From Mytilus edulis (lineage: Eukaryota), in NCBI RefSeq assembly GCF_963676685.1, contig NC_092349.1, forward strand, positions 76,508,001 through 76,572,000: a stretch of DNA of 64,000 nucleotides. The letters are read 5' to 3'. A program made the position numbers and the translations under genes. The notes beneath the pieces are model-generated. The model was not told the origin of the DNA. It made no database searches and saw only the letters and a program-made list of their open reading frames with translations. Below are positions 1 to 11,569 of the stretch, in pieces; the first letter of the stretch is position 1, and the number at the start of each line of letters is the position of its first letter.

Positions 1-735
1 GAGGAAAGATTTACTGCTACGAAAGGTAGCTAAATTCAAACCAAGAACACTTCCAAGGATGCAGAGCAAAAATTATTTCAATCTGATAAAATTTGACTTA
101 AGTAAAAACAAATTTTATCTGATGCTGTATTTTTTTAATGGACATTGGCCAAATATGGTAAATCTAGGGATTGCAGTTATTATTTCAATCTGGAACTTAT
201 CAATTTTATTCTTTTTTATCCCTCTGGAATGCTAACACAATAACAAGAACAATTTTATTTGCATTACGGTGTTGATATAACGAAATCAGCTAATTAGCGG
301 TATCACCGTCCGCGCGGACACCGGGGACTCCACTGATGACCACATAAATTCTGTTTGTGTCATTGGCACATGTTTTCTTTTGTTGACAACGAACCATATG
401 TCACATGTGCACTTTTGGCGAGGAAAATACTAGGGGAAACACTTGCATGTATAACCGACAACACTGTCTGGTTATTTATACTTAAAATGCATAGCTGAAA
501 TAAGAGTGCCAGGAAAAGTGTTAAACTTAGTATTATACATAATTCCTTATTAACACACCATTTGAATGCAAATGTAAATAAGTTGGTACAATTTTACAAT
601 ATGGTATGAATTGACTGTGGTCATGGTGGTACAAGTAAGCAGTGGTATGAGTTTGCATTTATACGAGTTAGTTTTTAGTGACCAGTACAAGTCTGCAATG
701 GTACAATTAACTATAATTCGTTTCATATTTGTTTT

Positions 736-2194
736 CAGTGTTCCAGCTAGGATTTCAAAAGGGCAGGGTGTCAGTTCTGAAAAGGGCACATTTAACGCGT
801 GAAAGATCATTTGAAAAAGGCATGTTTTAATAAAGATGTAAACCAAACATTGTTTTATTCCTTTGATTATAGGTAACATATATATACTCAAAGGCAACAC
901 AGCAGCTGTGCTGAGTAGCTTAATCATGTTAGGGTAGAGTGTAGTTAACCCTAATTTACTGTTTAATAAAAACTTGATACAAGCCATGATTGTTCTATCT
1001 TGACTGCTTTTTTCCTCTATAAGTTCACAAAATGATGTCCATGTGTATTTAGCATTCTTTGCCAGTTTCAAATTGTTCAAGTTACAGGAACTGAGTTCAA
1101 TATTCAGATCAACAAGGCTAGAAAAAAGATCAAGTGATAAATTGTGCTCTACCAAATAGTAGATCACCTTCAACGCATCTTTAATAGCACTTCGTGAGTT
1201 TTGGTTAATTTTTTGATTGCATTTATCAGTATTTTCCTGTTCAGACTCACTATTATCAGAGGCCAAGTGCTCAGAGCAGTGTTCATGTTCTTTTATTTTA
1301 TCTAGGCGTATAGTTTTGCAACCAGTGTCACTCCATACACCAACTTTACTGTGCTTTTGACACAGTTGACAAATCATAACATCATCTATGTTTTTCAACC
1401 AGGGTCTACCGTATTGCCATTTTGAATCAAAAACAGTTTTATGTCCACTATTGTGCTTTCTTCTTTTATTGGGGCTTTCCGTATATTCAAAAGTTCTACT
1501 TTCTTCATTTTTTCTTTTTAAGTTTTCATCCAGTTTTTTGGGACTTTCATTTTCACTACTTCCATTACTATTTCTGAAAAAAATATCTTTTATAAAGTAT
1601 TTTTTCCCGTTATCGTCTTTTCCAAGAAGTAATTTAAAATTTAAAAAAAAAGATATCCAGTTATTTTTTTCAAGTATCGTCTTTACACAAGAGTTTTTAA
1701 AATAATTATATTTCAGTGGAATCAATTTCAATCAAATGGAAAAAGTTACTATTAGAAATTAAAAATATAACAAACTCACGTAGTGCTAAAAAAGTCGACT
1801 AAACTTCTGTTCGTCACTTTATTTTGTTTACTTTCCTCTTTCAATCGTCGTTCACGCTTAGGCATTGTGATTGTAAATAAGACAAGAAAAACAAACTCAG
1901 AATGTTATATAGTTTTTATTTAATGAGTTAAAATCACTGTTAATTAATAGATTCTAGTATTACATATCACACAGGTAAATCTATTTTTAACTTTTTAATG
2001 TTGACAAGGACGCATTAATCTGTAATGGCGGATCATACGACAAAACGAACAAAATCAAACATCGTCGATCTCAAAAAGGGCAGGGCGCAACGAAAAAGGC
2101 ACAGGGCGCTTAGAAATCTTTAAAAAGGGCACAGGGCGCAACTGAAAAAAGGGCGGGCGCCGCGCCCTCTGAAAACGACCTAGCTGGAACACTG
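736..2194 (-). mobile_element. Internally deleted hAT-superfamily DNA transposon (5-bp TSD, hAT5-like)
   Basis: Perfect 16-bp TIRs CAGTGTTCCAGCTAGG (736-751) / CCTAGCTGGAACACTG (2179-2194); GTTTT on both sides (731-735, 2195-2199); subterminal AAAAGGGCA(C/G)AGGG repeats; transposase remnant inside. Confidence 0.85.
887..1620 (-). pseudogene. hAT transposase remnant (ZNF862-like): zinc finger and N-terminal part fused to C-terminal dimerisation-domain fragment
   Basis: Part of ORF 550..1731. F..KW....PWL...MICQLC...GC...RLDKIKEHE.CSEH zinc finger and LAKNAKYT are followed almost directly by LYPNMIKLLSTAAVLPLS; the catalytic DDE core is absent. Boundaries approximate. Confidence 0.75.
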
Positions 2195-2484
2195 GTTTTT
2201 ATTCACTACTTTGTGCATTGTCATTATACATAAATCAGGCTGTTCGCTTTTTAGTTTGAATATTGTTTTGCATTTGTCATTTTGGGGCCTTGCTTAGCTG
2301 ACTATGCATTTTCAGTATTGGTTTTACTCATTGTTGAAGATGTTTCATTTGATTGTATATCAGTTGAGCCTGCGGTGAAATTATAGTGTCTTTTCAGGCT
2401 TTTGATTTCTGGTGACATTGTGAAAACATTGTTTAATATCATTTATTGAAGTTGGATCTGAATTAGCTGTGGAACCGTAGTTCT

Positions 2485-2565
2485 TAGGTCCTTATGTTAT
2501 CTTTTGACTATTTGCGGACCATAGACTATGGTCCGCAAATAGTCAAAAGATAACATAAGGACCTA
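2485..2565. repeat. Perfect 81-bp palindrome (40-bp arms, 1-nt spacer)
   Basis: TAGGTCCTTATGTTATCTTTTGACTATTTGCGGACCATAG-A-CTATGGTCCGCAAATAGTCAAAAGATAACATAAGGACCTA read directly. Confidence 0.97.
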
Positions 2566-2668
2566 TGAATAAGCTTTTATAAGCTGTGTTTTCTATAAGA
2601 TTAATATGCATTGATTTATTCTTTCAAACCGGTCCTTTCAAACCATCTTGAATAATTTGATGTCTGAC

Positions 2669-2821
2669 CTGATAGCCAACCACATAATCGGGGAAGATAA
2701 ACATTCCTAATGCTATCCATGTTGTAAACACAAGGTCAGAGATTTTAGATTTTGACCCTGCAGCTAATCCAACTAGAAGAGCTAATCCTCTAACAACATC
2801 AAATATGCAACAATCAGTCAT
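2669..2821 (-). CDS. Possible first coding exon of a small membrane protein
   Basis: MTDCCIFDVVRGLALLVGLAAG...LVFTTWIALGMFIFPDYVVGYQ followed by a CAG|GTCAGA donor; CpG-rich upstream region with CCGGAAGT at ~2878. Downstream exons not confidently found. Confidence 0.3.
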
Positions 2822-3272
2822 CTTGAGATTGAGTCAAAGGTAAACAACGCTTTCGTTGTTTTGCTTTTGGAGCGCGACCGGAAGTTAGTTTGAAACAAGC
2901 GCTTGAGGAGCGACCTCTTGTGGAATATGGACACTTTTGTCAAAAAGTAACAGCTTTTAAAAAAGCTTGCCGTTAAATCGCCAAGGTGCCTGATGCATCA
3001 TACTTTAAAAAAAACTTATTATTCTATTCTAAAAGGTTTCCAAATCAATGATTATATCATTTAATTTAAAGAAAGCATTTGAAATAAATTCGACAAATTC
3101 TCCGAATTCGTGTTTAATAGACCACTTGCACATTAAATGGCGTTTCGCTTTCAAATCTGCAAAATATATCGACCGGAAATAGGTGGGGCAAAAGACGTCA
3201 CAGTTTTTGCTTGTTTACCATAGCGATTGCCCAACACAACTTGTTTCATTCTGCTATAATACTACTATAACG

Positions 3273-6200
3273 ATGTTATCATTTAAATCTTTGACAATTC
3301 CAAAGATTCAGTTGTATTTGAGAGATAGAGGTATAGTGGCAAATGGTTACAAACAGAAAGATTTGGCCAGTTTAGCTGAGGCGGTGGAAAAATTGAACAT
3401 TCCGTATGACCCCAATTTTCTAGCAGACGACGTAGACTCTACCATACAAGATCGCCTGAGAAGAGCCGGTTGTAGTTTTTCTGACCCATTTACCATAGGA
3501 GGGTAATTTAGATAATTTTTCATTCATTTCTATGACTTTTACGCCCCTCTGCATACTTCTTTAAACCGGCTTTTTCACCTTTTCTTACTAGGGGGTCCCA
3601 ACGAGGGGCTATCAACGTAGAATATGTATGTCCTTAATACACTTGCCCTAAAATTAACCAAAATTCGTACCTTTACCTGACTAAGATTTTTTATTATATC
3701 CTTTATCGTTTGAATGAGTTATACTGACAAAATAAGTCAGAAAATAATATTTTCGGCTTTCTTTTAATTGAAGAGCCCCCAACCTATATAAAAATGTACC
3801 CAACTAACCCATATTCCTACCCTGACAGTATCCCTAAATATTAAACCTTACTTTAAACTAGAAAATCATATAATATGCTAACAATACAAACCATAAATGA
3901 ACCCTAAATCTTACTGTATTTTTTAAATTTGCCTAACCCATAAAGGCATGACCTGAAGTAAACACTGTATTCCCTAGAATCTAACCATTTGAACTTAGAT
4001 CCAATCCTTCTCACAATTTAAAAGTACCTGAAAATATGTTAAGTTACACAATACTTTCATATGTAGGGTCATACCCTAGTCCAAATAATAATGACATCTG
4101 GCAAAGCTATTTTAATTTTTTTTTTGGCAGTCCAAATTATTATGATGTCTGGTAAGGCTGTTCTAATTTTTTTTTTTGGACTGTCCAAGAAAAACATTTA
4201 AAAAGCGTTGCCAGAAGTCACAATTATTTGGACTAGGCCATACCCCAACCATATACAGCATAGTGCTCACCAGTCTTCTACTCCAATCTTAAAACCCTCA
4301 CTCTTACATTAATAGTACCCAACTGTACATATTGCATGTTAGTCCATTAACTTGAAAACCTACAGTTTTATCCCTAACCATAATCAAACCATAACCCTCA
4401 AGTAATGGGATTCCTAAAGTAAAAGGAGTCAAAATGAGGGTCATGCTTCTTTTTCTTTGTGTCTGAAGCAAATTACTAAAATATATTTTTCTATCTAGCA
4501 GTAAGGCAGCAACCATTTGATTTTCGGGGGGGGGGGGGGGGGGGGGGGGGGGGGCTATGGATTTTTTTGGAAAAAAAGTTTGTTTCCAGTGTATGGAGAA
4601 AAAAAAATTGTTTTTGACCCTGAGAAAAAAAATTGTGTGTTTCACCCTCAACTGCCACTTAATGTAATGCTAAAATTGAAAGAAAAAAATTGTTTTCGCC
4701 TTGTTGCCAAAAAAATAAATTGTCTTTGGCCGAAGATGAAAAAAAAAACCATAGCCCCCCCCCCCCCCCCCCTCCCAAAAATGAAATGGTTGCTGCCTAT
4801 TAATGAAATTATTTCTAAAACTCATATTATGGCACCTTTTTAAAAATATGATTATTCCTGTCAATCTGAAACAATACTATAAAGGGAGATCCCATTTGAC
4901 AAGACAATGGTGAAATTTAAAAAAAGGCATTCAAGACGGTATGGATAAAAATGATTTATAAATAAAAGAAAAGGGGGGGGGGGGGGTTGAGACATTTTGC
5001 CAAAAAACTCAACTCATGGAACAAAAATGTACGGATAAACAAATTTCACGGTCCACTGAACAAAGAAAATGAAAGTGGGAGTTTCAGGTTAAACTTAGTA
5101 CACATGTTCCCTATTTGGTATGATTTTCTAATTTTAATGGCAAATTTAGATTTTTTACCACATTTCATGGTCCATTGAACATGGAAAATGATAGTGCGAG
5201 TGGGGGCATCCGTGTACTTAGGACATATTCTTGTTTTACTAGAAAAATCCATTAATTTCTTACCAGCAATGCATTATGTAGTGTTGATTAATGTTAAACT
5301 TTTATTTTTTTCAGATATGATGAAGATTTTTCTGGTATACCTGACTTTTCCTTGTACGACATCTTCAATTATTTGTTGTTGCAACGTTCAGATTATGATA
5401 AGAGGAAGTTGAAAGCTTATAAGAGTGCAGAGGACTACCGCTTGTTTTATGATGGACATGTCCAGGAACTGAAAGTCAACTATCTTAAGGTTAACAGCTC
5501 AGTTTGTGTTTTTATTGGAAAGGTGAGACCAACACAGAGGGCAAAGACGTTGACTGGGAAGATGACCTACCAGTGCTGGTTTGTTGTAGACAAGACTCTA
5601 GGTGATGTTAAAGCAGCTTACTGTGAATGTCCAGGAGGGTAAATATAAAATTATTATATTTGTCAAATTCTTGACCCACTGTATTTTCTATTGTTATATG
5701 AAAATAAGAAGATGTGGTATGATTGCCATTGATAAAACTCTCCACAAGTGACAAATTGACAGCAAAATCATCATCTTACTATAGATACAATCTTCAACAT
5801 CTAGAAAAAAACTAAGGGAAGTCAGCTATAAATTTTTTGAAATGACAAATGTAAAACAATCCATAGAATACAGCTCATGGTCTGATTTATTTTAAAAAAA
5901 AATGAAGGAAAACCAAATATGAAATATTTCAACAAACAATGACCATTTTATTAAATATTCCTGACTTGGGACATGCACAGAAACCAAGTGGTGGGGTTAA
6001 ACTATTTTGTAAGAACATTTGTATAACAGCCTTAAGTATAGGTGGATTTAAAGTCATAATTCCACCTTATGTAATAATGCTGTCTTTTGATTGGACGAGA
6101 AACATGGTATTTTTTCACCAATTTCTATATATTGAGATTTTCTTTTCTCTGCCGGGGTTTTTGCAATTAGGGAATTCCATGTGCCGGGGTATTTGCTAGC

Positions 6201-9200
6201 AAATACAATGGCAGATGGGAAATACCCTAGCAAATACCATGGCAGATGGGGAATACCATGTCTAAAAATAACTCAATGAATTATTTCTATTCTAATATGA
6301 CAAATTCATGGTCATTCTAAATATGTGTTTCCAGATGAAATATTTAGGATAAAAAGCATCATTATTGAATTTGAAGCGAATGACGTCATAATTCAAACTC
6401 AACGGATACTAATTGGCAACCGGTCACATAAAACTTGAATCCAGTTGTATTACGCGTCACTGAAACTGATGAACAAAGTGTAGTAGTCAGCCGAGAAGCA
6501 GCTTATTAGCATACAAAGGCAGAGATATATACAGTCAGTGACTGTACATAAAAAAAAGAAATGATTATACGGTCAATCCAATTTGACTGTGCAATTAGCA
6601 CAGCTGCAGTGTATACAAAAATTAGACATTCAAGTCGAAATTTCATATGATACCTGATTATAATAAACTTTCTGAGGTAGAACATTCGGTGGAATTAAAC
6701 AATTATATCATGCTTACAAGGGGTATTTGCCAAAAATACCGGTTTCGAGGTAATCAAATTTCCCTCGCCTAACGGCTCTGGAAATTTGTACCTCTCAACC
6801 GGTATTTTTGGCAAATACCCCTTGTAAGCATGATATATTTGTATAAAACTCAAGGTTGGTTTTCAAGCTTCTGTGTCTTGTATTAGGCAGTTGGAATTTA
6901 AAAATTCTGCTGATGTAATTTGATGACTTTCAATAAAAAATGCCAATGTTTAGTTAACCTTAAAAAATCTATAATGATTATAATATATGTATGCATGTGC
7001 TAACTTTCTTTAATACAATTTAATTGCAGTGCTGATGGAGCTTGTCGTCATGTTGCAGCATGCTTATATGAGTTGGAGGCATTTGAGAAGAAGTCTGTTA
7101 CTGATGGTCCTTGCCAGTGGAAGAAACGAAAGAGGGAACACGATGAGCCAGTAGAAGTGGAACGAATGAAAATTATCAAACCAAGGTTTTTAACTTAATC
7201 ATGTTCATCTTTAGCACTGGTAAAATTCAAACATTAATAAAAAAATATTCTAGATTTCACTCATATATATTATATATATACAGTATTAGTATATGTATAT
7301 ACATGTATTTATAGAATAACTAACCAAAGAATTCAAATGGAGAAAAATATTCAACAAGTGACCGAACAACACATTAATTCATGAATGCGCACAACGAGTT
7401 GAATATTTTTTTATATTTGATGTCTTTAATTAGTTATTCTTTTCATTACATTGGCAAATGGCATTTTTTTACAGAAATTAATGCAAAACATGTTAGGAAC
7501 TATATTTTTTTCTACGCATTCACAATTTGTGTTCATCGCCTATTGTTGTATGACGTCAGAGAGTGAAATAATAACAACTGTTATTTCACATGTGAAATTT
7601 TTCGATTTTTTTTTTAACTGAGAAATCAATGTATTTCATTGCAACCAATGTAATAAATATATATGTTACACAAGGATCCAGACTGGCCTCTAATCTAAAA
7701 ATAACCATTTTAATTCATTTTTTTTTATTATATTTATTAGGAATAAGTTATTTTAATAACAATAATAATTAAGAACTTTGTTTTCATTTTTCTTCTCTGA
7801 AAATAGACTCCTCATTAAATATTCATCTTGTCGCTTCTGGAAGTTTCTTGTTGCTACTGAAAAACTTGGAAATCCTAAATACCGGGCACATACAATGCCA
7901 ATATTTAATGCCTGTCCAATAAATACATTTAAATGTTTAATATTCCAAATTAGGAGGATGGAAGCATGTGTATCATCAGCAGACCATGTGGTTTCCAGTT
8001 TTGATCCTAGACAGATGGTTGACAGAGCTACAGAAGACGAGAAGATAAAACAGTTTGCAAGTAAATTAGCACAGGTATAACAACAATTCTTATGCATTGA
8101 AATTTAATTATGAACTTGTTTTGCCTTAGAGTAGAGATAACTGTATTGTAATTGAAGCTTTGCGGCATCCATAGGTACTTTTACTGTCTCAAATACCCGT
8201 TTACCTGTCTCTGCTATGCATCGCCAGGTAAACTAAATTTGCTACAGTAAAACTACCGATGGACGTCCTGAAAGCTTCAAATAACAAAACAGTTATTTCT
8301 TAAATAATTTAACAACACGCCCACCGGTTTTATTGGTGGATACACTATACTTCAAGTACAGCGCCCTCTAGCGACTCCTCTTGAGGTTTGAAATCATATT
8401 GTACAGATATCTTTTTCCTATGTAATTTTAAAACCTCAAAATGAAGTCTTGAGCAGAACTCTGTGTCCATTGAAAATATATGTATCAAGGTGCTTACACT
8501 TGGTGCATAGTTATAACATACATCAACCATTCTTGAAAGTTTAAGGATTGATAAAATTGGACAGTAACAATTACATTTTCAAAAATATAAAAAGCAAAAA
8601 AAATATCAAAATAATTACTTTTGTGCAAGACCTTTTTTAAACAATAAACCATACTTTAATACTTAAATATTACTCCTATTATAATTTTTTTTTTGTTAAC
8701 AATGAAAGCTTAAATTTATTTATTATGGCATTAGTGTTCTTTCTTAAATGTTCAATGCAATATCAATTATTATTTTAAATTTTTGCACTTCAGTCTGCAG
8801 CATATATATTATATATATGCACCAAGTGTCACCTTTTTAATTTATGAATTTAAACAACATTAATTCTTATTTAAAAAAAAAATACTACAGAAAATGGTGA
8901 CAATTTACCTTGTGAAATTTATGCTTTGAATTTTGTTCAAGTATAATAATCATTAATAGGATTTTGCAATCATTTCATTAATTTCAAAACTAATATAAAT
9001 GTTTTTTAAGAAAGTTACTGAGTTCATATATAAAAAAAATAAGTTCTGCTCCTGGCTTTAACAAAACACCACAAAGCCAGTAAAGGTAAAAGTAAAAATT
9101 GTAAACAAAAACAAAAATATATCAACAAATACCAACCCTGAAAAAAAACCTTATTAAAACATTGTGTAATTTTTTCATACTTAATTTTCTTTTTCAAATT

Positions 9201-10291
9201 TTCACAATTTACTTTTAAGAAAATGCATCATATAGTGAACACAAATATTGAAGTCATTAAAATGCCAAATTCACATAATTAAAAAAATATACTTAATATC
9301 TTTTTCCATTGTCCATATATATACAGTTAATATTTTTCTTCAAATTCTTAAATTCAAAATTGATATTTTTTCTTGAAAAACATATAATTAATACTTTTGT
9401 TTATAATTCAACTTGGTTTTTGAATAGATAAATCCAGAGGCTAGAGCACTAGAATTTCTACCCCATGAACCAGTAGATGTGGCAAAGATGGACTATTCAG
9501 AGGCAATACAGGACTTAACAATTCCTACTAAGGCTAAGTATTTTAAAGATAAGTATGTATGTTTAATTGATAATGAAGAGGACATAGTTGATAAATTTAT
9601 GGCTAGCCTATCATTCAGTTCAGATGATGTTAAGCTGATATCAAGAGCAACTCAGGGCCAGAGTAGCAACAACTTATGGTTCACTATGAGGAAAGGTTTA
9701 ATTACTGCTTCTAACTTTCAGGCTATAATGAATAATGAGGACCCAGATCATATTTGCAGCCGAATTATAGGTAGTGAATCACTTTCTGTAAAGAATAAAT
9801 TCCAAGAATTGGCCTTAGACTGGGGTAGACGCAAGGAATCAAAAGCCAGGAACCTATACCAAACAGCTCATGGTTTGAAAAGGAATAAATGTATAACTGA
9901 AACTGGTTTGGTGGTAAATCCGAAGTATCCATGTATAGGTTGTAGTCCAGATGGAGTGATCACATGTAAATGCCATGAGAGTAAAGTTATTGAAATTAAG
10001 TGTCCGTTTTCACTAAGAAATAAATCTGCTAAATCTGTATTACACATGAAAACTAATTCTGATGGTTATATTGATTTTTCTTCACAGTATTATTGTCAAG
10101 TGCAAGGACAAATGGGAATTATGGAGATGAAAAAGTGTGATTTGGTATTCTACACCAAACATGGAATAGAACATGTAGAAGTCAATTTTGATGAAGAATT
10201 TTTTAACAGAATGCTGGTGAAACTGCAAAACTTCTTTACAGATTATATTGCACCATTTCTTCTAGAAATAGTGAGTAAAGAGAACTTATAA
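3273..10291 (+). CDS. ISL2EU accessory protein: SAP-like N-terminus, SWIM zinc finger, YqaJ/lambda-exonuclease domain (~564 aa, 5 exons)
   Basis: Exons 3273-3502, 5315-5638, 7030-7185, 7954-8074, 9428-10291; all GT..AG, phases compatible, 1695 nt with no stop. SWIM CECPGGADGACRH spans the exon 2/3 junction. YqaJ motifs TQGQS..LWF..RKGLITAS, WG...E, GL.V....P.IGCSPDG, IEIKCP, YYCQVQGQM. Confidence 0.88.
4077..4235. mobile_element. MITE with TAG termini and ~10-bp TSD (AcademH- or Mutator-like)
   Basis: TAGTCCAAATAAT...ATTATTTGGACTA; flanks GGTCATACCC (4067-4076) / GGCCATACCC (4236-4245). A related copy lies at 18061-18226. Confidence 0.65.
4505..4797. mobile_element. MITE with poly-G/poly-C subterminal tracts (Harbinger-like)
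   Basis: TIR GGCAGCAACCATTT / AAATGGTTGCTGCC; inner inverted GGGGCTATGG / CCATAGCCCC; flanks TAA / TAT. Confidence 0.75.
5021..5235 (-). repeat. Partial copy of the Helentron/HINE-like repeat family
   Basis: Reverse complement matches the start of the 54209-54843 element (CAAGAAT.TGTCC.AAGTACACGGATGCCCC.ACTCGCA.TATCATTTTCCATGTTCAATGGACC). Confidence 0.75.
6704..6837. repeat. Long hairpin (41-bp perfect outer arms), probable end of a non-autonomous element
   Basis: TATATCATGCTTACAAGGGGTATTTGCCAAAAATACCGGTT (6704-6744) and its exact reverse complement (6797-6837); imperfect inner stem and GC-rich loop. Confidence 0.9.
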
Positions 10292-10296
10292 AAATA

Positions 10297-10486
10297 AGAC
10301 CGTTAATTTCCCTTTTTGAATGGTTTTACACTAGTAATTTTGGGGCACTTTATAGCTTGTTGTTCGGTGTGAGCCAATGCTCTGTGTTGAAGGCCGTACC
10401 TTGACCTATAATGGTTTACTTTTATAACTTGTTATTTGGATGGAGAGTTGTCTCATTGGCCCGCATACCAAATCTTCCTATATCTA
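10297..10486 (+). repeat. Dispersed ~190-bp repeat (second copy at 29742-29933)
   Basis: AGACCGTT...GAATGGTTTTACAC...TTCGGTGTGAGCCAA...GTTGAAGGCCGTACCTTG.CCTATAATGGTTTAC...GTCTCATTGGC...CATACCA.A..TTCCTATATCTA at both loci; related 3' ends near 5705, 36880, 51230, 61030. Confidence 0.85.
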
Positions 10487-11080
10487 ATAAAAATAAATTT
10501 ACTAAAAATTGGTCCATGGGTACTTTAAATATTTTACTAAATATTAATTTGATATCTATAAAATTTTTCAATCCAAAATACTATGCAACTCAAAATAATG
10601 GTTCTTGGTACTTAAACGATTAATTTAAAGCAAAAGATTAATTTTTCTTCTGGGTGGTGGGTTTACTTAGGTACATTGTAGATGCATGTATTATAATATT
10701 AATATATTTTTTAACAATTTTCAATAGATTTCTTCAAAATTATTAAAAGCACTGACCAGTTCTCACACTATGTATAATTTCGACCTAGCCTACTTAAGAG
10801 TAATTCCTGCGTCAAGTACAGTCTAGTATGTTAACTTTTCAATGGTTATTGTTTCATGCATATTCCGGAGAAAGCATTTGCTTGTCCTGGCTTTGTCATC
10901 AACATCAACATTTTCAAACGATATAAAACAAACAAATAGAACTAGACAAATTTTCACTCACCAAAGGTTTTTTATTAAAACCTATTAAAGTTGATAATCT
11001 ACAATATTTTTAAGACCTTGTAAAAGATTGTAATTTTTTATACACCCATGTCTACAGATGATACTGCATGTCTATATGAA

Positions 11081-11569
11081 GGGCATATGATACAGTTACA
11101 GGGGAGGTAACTTAGTAACGTACAATGTTATTTATGGGACACTTAAAACTGTGACATATTGGGAAAAGATGCATTTCAACTGGTTTTTTTTATGATTTAG
11201 AGTTATTTAACTTGGAAATGAGTAGAAGGGCCCCCCCCCCCCCCCCCCCCACCCTTTTTTACAATGGCATATTAATTCAGTTTGATTAGGTTTGAAGAGT
11301 AAATTCTATTAATTTAAATGAAAAGTCCACATTCATTTTTTTAGAATTCATAAATATAGTGTAAAGTACACTGAATTATTTTTTCCAAAGAACTGTTTAA
11401 CAAAAAGCCCATATTGTTTATCTGTTTTTTAGAGATTTCCCCCCCCCCCTTCTGCAGCACATTAAGGTATATTTTTATCTGACATATTTAAATTGCTTAG
11501 GTGAAAACTAGTTTGTATCCAAATTTTCATAAAACATTTATCATGGAATCATAACTGTATCATATGCCC
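11081..11569. mobile_element. Kolobok-like MITE (RR termini, TTAA target)
   Basis: TIR GGGCATATGATACAGTTA / TAACTGTATCATATGCCC; flanks TGAA / TTAA; related to 39166-39796. Confidence 0.75.

Noticed and set aside
550-1731. 393-aa ORF as an intact gene
   Set aside because: It runs through the TIR into flanking DNA and lacks the transposase catalytic core.
4304-4864. Poly-Gly / poly-Pro ORFs
   Set aside because: Arise from the poly-G/poly-C tracts of a MITE inside an intron.
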